Notes under the pieces: generated by a model
The model's database searches: none
What the model was told of the DNA's origin: nothing
What the model saw: the letters and a program-made list of their open reading frames with translations, nothing else
Source: Acidimicrobiales bacterium
GTDB lineage: Bacteria; Actinomycetota; Acidimicrobiia; Acidimicrobiales; JACDCH01
Assembly (NCBI GenBank): GCA_036257895.1
Contig: DATAES010000196.1
Span: 1 to 56,353 of the forward strand
DNA: 56,353 nt
Reading direction: 5' to 3'
Position numbers and translations under genes: made by a program
Shown here: positions 49,913 to 56,353 of the stretch, piece by piece
Layout of the letters: every line of letters begins with the position of its first letter
Numbering within the stretch: position 1 is the first letter of the stretch

Positions 49913-51389
49913 CCGCATCGATGGTGTCAGCTTCCTCCGTCGACTTGTCGTCCCGGTAGCGGCGCACTCGCGCGAAGCGCAGCGCCACCCCTCCCGCGTA
50001 CCGCGTCGAGGCTTGCACGCCGTCGAGTGCGACCTCGACGACGACTTCGGGGCGCACGTGGACCACGTGGCCGTTGTCCGAGGTCTGCAACGACTGGAAC
50101 AGATCCGTCTGCCGTCGGAGCATCTCGTCTGTCATGCCCTTGAACGTCTTGCCCACCATCACGAATCCGCCGTTCGGATCACGCGCGCCGAGGTGGATGT
50201 TCGACAGCCAACCGCGGCGTCGTCCGTGTCCCCACTCCGCAGCCAGCACGACCAGATCGAGGGTGCGAACCGGCTTCACCTTCCGCCACGCCGACCCTCG
50301 CCGTCCCGCTTCGTACGGCGACCGGATGTCCTTGACCATCACGCCCTCGTGGCCCGAAGCCAGCGACTCGGCCAGGAACGCCTCGGCCGCCGTGGGATCG
50401 TCGGTGACGATGCCGGGAATGCGCCACGGTCCTGTAACGCGCTCGAGCGCCTCCAGGCGTTCGAGCAGCGGACGGTCGACGAGATCGTCGCCGTCGAGGT
50501 GGAGGCAGTCGAAGAAGCGGATGGTGAGCGTGCTGCCTGCATCAAGGTCGAACCGGCTCATCGTGTCCTGGAACAACTCCGGACGTTCGTCGTCGCCGAG
50601 TCCGACGGCCTCGCCATCGAGCACGACCACGTCTGCGGGCAACGTCAGCGCCAGCGCGACGAGACCTGGAACGCGGTCGGTCACGTCGTTGAGATTCCGC
50701 GTGTAGATGCGGACGTCCTCGCGCACGCGGTGCAGTTGCAGACGAATGCCGTCCAGCTTCCACTCCACCGACGACGTGCCACACGCTTCGATGGCGTCGG
50801 CGACGGACGCGGAAGTCGCCGCCAGCATGGGCAACACCGGTCGCAGCGGTTGGAGGCCGATGGCGGCGAGGCCGTCGGCGCCCTCGGTCAGAGCGACGAC
50901 CGCGGCACGAGTGAGGTCGCCACCCATCATCGCGGCGCGCCGCACCGCGGTGGCCGGCACAGCCGCGGCCTTGGCCACCGCCTCGGCCATCACGCCCGCC
51001 AGCGCACCTTGTCGCAACTCGCCGGTGAACATGCGGCGTAGGAAGTCCGCCTCGTCGGCGGTGGCGCGCTCGAACACGTCGCGGAGCAGCGAGGCACGCG
51101 CCACGTTCGAGCCTGCCCCTGAGGTCGCCGCGAGTTCGTCTACTAGAGCGTCGATGTCGAGGATGGCGAGTGACGCCGACGCGGCCGGCGCGACATCGAG
51201 GTTGACCACCGTCCGCCATCCGATGCCGATGCGCCCTTGGCGCGGGGTGCCGGTGAGCATTGCGACGGCCACCTGCACCTCGTCCTCGTCGAGCCGTCCG
51301 AGCAGGTCGGCGAGCGCGGCGATCTTGGCCGAGCGCGCCGGGGTCGACGTGACGGCGGTCGATGTCGCGACGAGCTCCGCGAACAACAT
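49872..51389 (-). CDS. lig: ATP-dependent DNA ligase (LigB-like, with N-terminal DNA-binding domain)
   Basis: Start at MLFAELVATS (M32 of ORF). Adenylation motif EWKLDGIRLQLH. EGVMVK. The 3' end overlaps the ndh 3' end by 41 nt. Confidence 0.88.
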   Translation of the reverse strand: MLFAELVATSTAVTSTPARSAKIAALADLLGRLDEDEVQVAVAMLTGTPRQGRIGIGWRTVVNLDVAPAASASLAILDIDALVDELAATSGAGSNVARASLLRDVFERATADEADFLRRMFTGELRQGALAGVMAEAVAKAAAVPATAVRRAAMMGGDLTRAAVVALTEGADGLAAIGLQPLRPVLPMLAATSASVADAIEACGTSSVEWKLDGIRLQLHRVREDVRIYTRNLNDVTDRVPGLVALALTLPADVVVLDGEAVGLGDDERPELFQDTMSRFDLDAGSTLTIRFFDCLHLDGDDLVDRPLLERLEALERVTGPWRIPGIVTDDPTAAEAFLAESLASGHEGVMVKDIRSPYEAGRRGSAWRKVKPVRTLDLVVLAAEWGHGRRRGWLSNIHLGARDPNGGFVMVGKTFKGMTDEMLRRQTDLFQSLQTSDNGHVVHVRPEVVVEVALDGVQASTRYAGGVALRFARVRRYRDDKSTEEADTIDAVRAMLPARGQSEG

Positions 51390-51435
51390 GGTCGTGAGTT
51401 TGCCTCTGGGCCGGCGCTCTCGGAGACTGCGGTCG

Positions 51436-52236
51436 ATGGACTTCGCCACGATGATGACCCTCGAGCCGCACGGTCCCGACACGTACGTCGGCGTCGGCCC
51501 GAAGTACCCGTGGGGCGGGCTCTATGGCGGCCAGATCGTGGCGCAAGCCCTGCGAGCCGCTGCTGCAACAGTTGATCCCGACTTCCGGGTCCACTCGTTG
51601 CACGCGTACTTCATCCGTCGCGGCGACCACGACGAGCCGATCCGGTTCGAGGTCGATCGCATTCGCAACGGTCGTTCGTTCGTGACGAGAACGGTCGTGG
51701 CTCGTCAGTCCGTTGGCGCCATCTTCAACATGTCCGCCAGCTTCCAGATCGACGAGCCCGCGCCGGACACGCAGACCGCGCAGATGCCGGACGTGCCGCG
51801 CCCGGATGAGCTCGATCCGACGCGATGGGCGACGATGTTCGAGCGCCGGTTCGTGCCGACACGCGGCGAACCAGGTCGTGCGCTCGCATGGCTGCGCATG
51901 AACGACTCGATCATCGACGATCCCGTGCTCCACGCCTGCGCGCTCGCGTACTTGTCCGACGACTTGCCGACCGACGCGGTCGTCGCCGTCCAGCATCCCG
52001 AGCTCGCGGGTCAGTGGGGCGAGGACTTCGAGCATGCGTTCTGGAGCGCGTCGCTCGACCATGCCATCTGGTTCCATCGCGCCCTGCAGGCGGACGACTG
52101 GCAGTTGCAGGAGTTCACGTGCCACGGCCTGATGAGCTCACGGGGCCTCTCCGTCGGTCATGTCTTCGACCAGGCCGGAACGCACCTGGCCACCATCAGC
52201 CAGGAGGTCCTCCTCCGTTCGGTGCGCCCCCACTGA
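51436..52236 (+). CDS. tesB: Acyl-CoA thioesterase II (copy 2)
   Basis: MDFATMMTLEPHGPDTYVG...YGGQIVAQAL...SLHAYFIRRGD...VDRIRNGRSFVTR. Confidence 0.85.
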   Translation: MDFATMMTLEPHGPDTYVGVGPKYPWGGLYGGQIVAQALRAAAATVDPDFRVHSLHAYFIRRGDHDEPIRFEVDRIRNGRSFVTRTVVARQSVGAIFNMSASFQIDEPAPDTQTAQMPDVPRPDELDPTRWATMFERRFVPTRGEPGRALAWLRMNDSIIDDPVLHACALAYLSDDLPTDAVVAVQHPELAGQWGEDFEHAFWSASLDHAIWFHRALQADDWQLQEFTCHGLMSSRGLSVGHVFDQAGTHLATISQEVLLRSVRPH

Positions 52237-52288
52237 CGAACTCCGGGTCGCCGTGGCCGCTATAGGGGCCACGGCGCACCAACATTCG
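52237..52288 (+). repeat. 52-bp palindromic REP/MITE-like element, copy C
   Basis: CGAACTCCGGGTCGCCGTGGCCGCTATAGGGGCCACGGCGCACCAACATTCG. It starts at the base after the tesB-2 stop and ends 1 nt before the DUF3052 stop codon. Confidence 0.9.
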
Positions 52289-52289
52289 G

Positions 52290-52703
52290 TCAGGGTCGGC
52301 GGCGTTCCTTGCGCCACACGACCCGCAAGCCGGACCAGACGTCGTCGATGGCGCACACCTTGTTGTCCACCAGTCCAAGGGGCAGGAACACCTCGCGCAC
52401 CGTGTCCTCGGTGACGTCGGTCGGAACCTTGCTCGCCTTCTTCGGCCATGCGATCCACAGGCCGCCGTCGACGTCGAGCACGTCGATGAGCTTCGGCACC
52501 CGTCGTTCGAGATCGGCGCGCTCGGTGTGGAACGACACGACGACGTCCGCAGTGCCGGTGGCTCGGCCACGGACGGTGACACCCTCCGGCATTCCTTCGA
52601 GCTCGTCAACGAAGCCTTCGGGCGCTCCGAGCAACACGAGCACGTGGCCTTCCTTGACCCCGAGCTTCTTGGCGAGCGGCGTCCCGCTGTAGCCGGCCGG
52701 CAC
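52290..52703 (-). CDS. DUF3052 domain-containing protein
   Basis: GYSGTPLAKKLGVKEG...LWIAWPKKASKVPTDVTE...GLVDNKVCAIDDVWSGLR. Confidence 0.75.
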   Translation of the reverse strand: MPAGYSGTPLAKKLGVKEGHVLVLLGAPEGFVDELEGMPEGVTVRGRATGTADVVVSFHTERADLERRVPKLIDVLDVDGGLWIAWPKKASKVPTDVTEDTVREVFLPLGLVDNKVCAIDDVWSGLRVVWRKERRRP

Positions 52704-52710
52704 GGAACGC

Positions 52711-55260
52711 CTACTCGGTTGCGATCGCCTGCAGCACGTTGAGCTTGGCGGCCCGCCGCGCCGGGCGGATCCCTGCGAGGACTCCGGCCAGCGCGCCGAG
52801 CACGAGCAGGACGATCAACGAGATCACCGGAAGCGCGAACCTCGCGAATCCCGACTCACTTGCTGCCTCGACGAGGGCCCAGCCACACAGCGCGCCGAGC
52901 CCGACACCGCCGATGGTGCCGAAGAGGGCGACGATCACGGACTCCCAGCGGACCATCGATCGAAGTTGCGTTCGCGTCTCGCCCACTGCTCGTAGGAGAC
53001 CGAGTTCGCGTGTCCGTTCGTAGATCGACAGCGACAGCGTGTTGGCGATGCCCATGAGCGCGATCAGGATGGCGAGGGCCAGCATCACGTAGACAAGGGT
53101 GAGGACACGATTGATCTGCCCGAACACGGTCTCGGTGTACTGAGCGCGGTCCTGCACCTTGGCATTGGGGTATGCCGCCGCTACTTGCTCGACTGCCGTG
53201 CGGCCGTTCGCGAGCGAGACGCCAGGCTGGAGCTTGACGATCACGAGCGAGTCCAGGTTCTCGTTCGCGTGCGGTGTCCACTCTTCGGTGTTGACCATGA
53301 AATCGGTGCCGAGCACGTCGCGGTTCGCGTATGTCGCAACGATCGTGAGCTCCCCGGTTGCACCGTCGGCGTAGGCGACTGGGACGCGGTCCCCGATGTT
53401 CAAGTTGTGGTCGTCCGCGTATCGGGTCGAGACAGCGGTTGTGCCCAACCCGAGGTCGTCGAGCGAGCCCTGCTCGATGCCGAGGTCGAAGACCTGTTGA
53501 ATAGACCGGGGGTCGATGACGACAAGTTGACGATCCGACCCGTTGACCTTGGCCTGACCGGTGCGGATTCCGGCCGCGGCGTTGACGTCAGGGAGGGCAC
53601 CGATCTGGCTCGCGAGTTGTGGGTTGAAGCCACCGAAACCGCGCGTCTGCGAGTCGATCACGAGGTCGCCTGCGAACGACTTCTTGACCTGATTGTCGAT
53701 CGACGACTTGATCGACGCCGCGAACACGGTGAACAGCGCGACGACCGCGACGCCAATCATCAGTGCTGCTGCCGCGCCGCTCGTCCGGCGTGGGTTCCGT
53801 TGCGCGTTCTCCTGTGCCATCTTGCCTGTGACGCCGCGAAGCCGAGCGAGAGGTGCGCCGATGAGCCGGCTGATCGGACCGGCGACCGCTGGCCCGAGCA
53901 CCACGAACGAGACGATCATCAACAGCGCGCCGATGCCCACCCGTGCCAGACCGTCGCCTCCCTTCGTCGTGACACCTGCGACGATGCCGACCAGCCCCAG
54001 CCCCGCGGCAATGGCTCCGATCACGACCCGCAAGAGGCTCGCATGCGTCCGCTCCACCGCAACGTCGCGCATGGCCGCCAGCGGCGGTACACGAGACGCC
54101 TTCAGCGCAGGAATGATCGACGTCAGCACCGAGACCCCGATGCCGATCGCGAACGCCCACTCGACGGTGCTCGTCTTCAGCACCAAGCCACCGGCGGGAG
54201 CACCGAAACCGATGCCGGCCAGTAGCGCCTTGAGCACGATCGCAACGGCCAATCCGCCGAACAGCCCGACCACCGAAGCCACGATCCCAACGAGGAATGC
54301 CTCACCGACCACCGACAGGAGTACTTGCCGGCGCGCCGCTCCCAATGCACGGAGCAATGCCATCTCGCGGGTGCGTTGCGTGACGATGATCGAGAACGTG
54401 TTGTAGATGCTGAAGGCCGACACGAGGACGGCGACGACGGCGAACGGGCGGATCAGGAAGTTGAAGAACATCGAGATGCCTTCTTGGACGCTGTCCTGGT
54501 TCTCCTTGGTGATCTGCGCGCCGGTGATGGCCTCAGTGTTTGCCGGCAGCACAGGTTGAATGCGCTGGACGATCTCCGTCTGCGAGCTGTCGGGCGCGAC
54601 AACCGAGATCGAGTCGACCTGGCCGGGCTTGGAAACGTACTGCTGCGCTGCCTGCAGCGTCATCAAGGCGAACGACGCGCCGCCGGGGCTGTCAGCGGTA
54701 CCGAACTTGGCGACGCCGACGACGGTGAAGGAGTTCGGACCTTGCTGCGTGATCACCGTTGTGCGATCACCCACCTTGAGGTCGCCGTCGGACGCCGATT
54801 TCTTGTCGATCACGATCTCGTTGCTCTGGCTGGGTGCGCGACCGTCGACGAGGCGGAAGGGGTTCAGCTCCGGCACCGTGTTCCAGTTGCCCGCGAACGT
54901 GGGTGCTCCCATCGCAGGGTCGCCGATGGTCTTGCCGTCTTTGCCGACGATCTGGCCGTATCCGAGCACCTGCGGCTCCGCCGCCTTGACACCGTCGACG
55001 TCCTCGACAGTGCCGAGCAACGAGGTCGGGATGCGGCCGCGCACGTCGTTGCCGAAATCGCCCTCGATCTTGACCGAGCTGCGCACCACAGCATCGGTGC
55101 CCCGGTTCACGTCGGCGAACAGATCATCGAACGTCTGCGTGATCGTGTCGGTGAGCACGAGGGTGCCAGACAGGAACGCGACGCCGAGCACGACCGCGAT
55201 GAACGTGGCCGCGAGGCGTCGTTTGTGCGCGAGCAGATTCTTCCAGGTGAGCTTCAACAC
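52711..55260 (-). CDS. ABC transporter permease, duplicated FtsX/MacB-type
   Basis: GTG 55260 start giving (M)LKLTWKNLLAHKRRLAATFIAVVLGVAF. Two FtsX-like TM bundles separated by large extracytoplasmic regions. The longer ORF upstream is a shadow over the ATPase gene. Confidence 0.85.
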   Translation of the reverse strand: MLKLTWKNLLAHKRRLAATFIAVVLGVAFLSGTLVLTDTITQTFDDLFADVNRGTDAVVRSSVKIEGDFGNDVRGRIPTSLLGTVEDVDGVKAAEPQVLGYGQIVGKDGKTIGDPAMGAPTFAGNWNTVPELNPFRLVDGRAPSQSNEIVIDKKSASDGDLKVGDRTTVITQQGPNSFTVVGVAKFGTADSPGGASFALMTLQAAQQYVSKPGQVDSISVVAPDSSQTEIVQRIQPVLPANTEAITGAQITKENQDSVQEGISMFFNFLIRPFAVVAVLVSAFSIYNTFSIIVTQRTREMALLRALGAARRQVLLSVVGEAFLVGIVASVVGLFGGLAVAIVLKALLAGIGFGAPAGGLVLKTSTVEWAFAIGIGVSVLTSIIPALKASRVPPLAAMRDVAVERTHASLLRVVIGAIAAGLGLVGIVAGVTTKGGDGLARVGIGALLMIVSFVVLGPAVAGPISRLIGAPLARLRGVTGKMAQENAQRNPRRTSGAAAALMIGVAVVALFTVFAASIKSSIDNQVKKSFAGDLVIDSQTRGFGGFNPQLASQIGALPDVNAAAGIRTGQAKVNGSDRQLVVIDPRSIQQVFDLGIEQGSLDDLGLGTTAVSTRYADDHNLNIGDRVPVAYADGATGELTIVATYANRDVLGTDFMVNTEEWTPHANENLDSLVIVKLQPGVSLANGRTAVEQVAAAYPNAKVQDRAQYTETVFGQINRVLTLVYVMLALAILIALMGIANTLSLSIYERTRELGLLRAVGETRTQLRSMVRWESVIVALFGTIGGVGLGALCGWALVEAASESGFARFALPVISLIVLLVLGALAGVLAGIRPARRAAKLNVLQAIATE

Positions 55261-55262
55261 GA

Positions 55263-56027
55263 TTAGTCGCCCAAGGCCTTGAGCCGGTCCAGGACCTTCT
55301 GCGCGCTCGGCTCGGGCATCGTGTCGACGATGCGGCCGTCGACGAGGAACAGCGCGGTGTCCGCGTAGCTGGCGGCGACCGGGTCGTGCGTCACCATCAC
55401 GATCGTCTGCTCGAGATCGTCGACCGCCTTGCGCATAAACGTCAGGATCTCGGCGCCAGCGCGCGAGTCGAGGTTCCCCGTCGGTTCGTCGGCGAAGATG
55501 ATCTGCGGCCTCGATGCAAGCGCGCGTGCCACCGCGACGCGCTGCTGCTGACCACCGGACAGCTCGGACGGGCGGTGCTTGAGCCGGTCCGCGAGGCCGA
55601 CCGTTCCGATCACGGTGTCGAGCCACGCTTGATCCGGATCCTTGTTCGCGAGGTCCATTGGGAGCGTCATGTTCTCGAGCGCGGTCAACGTCGGGATGAG
55701 GTTGAACGTCTGGAACACGAAGCCGACGTTCTCGCGACGCAACAACGTCAACTCCTTGTCGGACAGTGTCGACAGCTCGACCTCCCCGATGAACACCTGA
55801 CCGGAGGTGAGCGCGTCGAGTCCGGCAACGCAATGCATCAGCGTCGACTTCCCCGAGCCCGATGGGCCCATGATCGCGGTGAAATGCGCAGGGGGGAACG
55901 ACACGCTCACTCCGTCGAGGGCGCGCACGGCGGTGTCGCCGGATCCGTAGATCTTCACGGCATCGACACTTCGCGCCGCCGCTGTGATGGTCGCCACCGA
56001 TGAGGGCTGGGTCTCTGCGGAAGCCAT
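55263..56027 (-). CDS. ABC transporter ATP-binding protein (MacB/LolD-like)
   Basis: GPSGSGKSTLMHC, LSGGQQQRVAVARAL, IIFADEPTGNLD. Start at M13 of ORF. Confidence 0.92.
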   Translation of the reverse strand: MASAETQPSSVATITAAARSVDAVKIYGSGDTAVRALDGVSVSFPPAHFTAIMGPSGSGKSTLMHCVAGLDALTSGQVFIGEVELSTLSDKELTLLRRENVGFVFQTFNLIPTLTALENMTLPMDLANKDPDQAWLDTVIGTVGLADRLKHRPSELSGGQQQRVAVARALASRPQIIFADEPTGNLDSRAGAEILTFMRKAVDDLEQTIVMVTHDPVAASYADTALFLVDGRIVDTMPEPSAQKVLDRLKALGD

Positions 56028-56131
56028 GCGCGCCAACCTACGAATGTGGGCGGACGTGTACAACGGGGGAATGCCCCGACGGTGTCAGGGTCATCCCCGA
56101 TCTCGCACAGAGTGAAGAGGAGGTCACAGCG

Positions 56132-56158
56132 ATGGGCCCCCGTAGACTTGATTTGTGA
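56132..56158 (+). other. Candidate 8-codon upstream ORF (MGPRRLDL) coupled to the cyclase gene
   Basis: GAAGAGGAGG (56114..56123) lies 8 nt upstream of ATG 56132. The uORF stop TGA (56156..56158) overlaps the GTG 56155 start of the downstream gene (GTGA). Confidence 0.3.
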
Positions 56159-56353
56159 CGTGCCCAACATGTGGGGCCCCGCTGGTGGAGGGCGCCCGAT
56201 TCTGCGCGTCCTGCGGCACTCCGGTACAGCGGCGCTCCGACGAACGGCGTGTCGTCACCGTGCTTTTCGCTGATCTGGTGGGCTTCACCAGCCTCTCGGA
56301 GACCCGTGACCCCGAGCACGTGAAGAACATCGTCGACGAGTCGTTCGAGCGTC
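56155..56353 (+). CDS. Class III adenylate/guanylate cyclase domain protein with N-terminal zinc-ribbon; 3' end off-window
   Basis: Not in the ORF track (no stop before the window edge). Hand translation: VTCPTCGAPLVEGARFCASCGTPVQRRSDERRVVTVLFADLVGFTSLSETRDPEHVKNIVDESFER. Confidence 0.75.
   Translation, partial: MTCPTCGAPLVEGARFCASCGTPVQRRSDERRVVTVLFADLVGFTSLSETRDPEHVKNIVDESFER

Noticed and set aside
14644-52288. Whether the repeated palindromes constitute a CRISPR array.
   Set aside because: The copies are tens of kb apart, in mixed orientation, each in a separate intergenic gap. There are no regularly spaced spacers and no cas genes.

Overview
This is a GC-rich chromosomal segment, roughly two-thirds G+C by eye. 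Its gene content is actinobacterial: PAC2, Lhr-Nei, HelD, amt-glnK-glnD, a DtxR/IdeR-like repressor and coproporphyrin-type heme genes. I call about 56 tightly packed protein-coding genes. Many have 1-4 nt stop/start overlaps, and several divergent gene pairs have almost no intergenic space. I recognised no rRNA, tRNA, CRISPR array, transposase or prophage. All calls rest on motifs I could read in the supplied translations or in my own hand translations; no database search was possible.

Most of the window is core metabolism: nitrogen control, heme synthesis, DNA repair and redox housekeeping. Observations worth a second look:
1. A ResA/TlpA-like thioredoxin-fold gene (16031..17140) is interrupted by one in-frame TGA exactly at the redox motif (WASW-TGA-GC), followed by a SECIS-like hairpin. 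It is a probable selenoprotein that ORF callers split.
2. A 52-bp palindromic REP/MITE-like element occurs in three near-identical copies (14644, 39397, 52237), plus degenerate variants.
3. Those degenerate variants form imperfect direct repeats flanking a DUF559/AbiEi-like gene (27007..27927), as if it were an inserted cassette.
4. A GT4 / methyltransferase / alpha-alpha-toroid / methyltransferase cluster (28661..32402) resembles the mycobacterial methylmannose-polysaccharide locus.
5. There are unusual domain fusions: PQQ-type sugar dehydrogenase with lytic transglycosylase, and a CBS pair with citrate synthase.
6. The lnt reading frame runs through a perfect 22-bp hairpin and 183 nt into the convergent dtd gene.
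7. A RecA-independent (PafBC-type) DNA-damage promoter-like motif is positioned for a leaderless lhr-nei transcript.

I did not identify an obvious multi-gene defence or mobile system.
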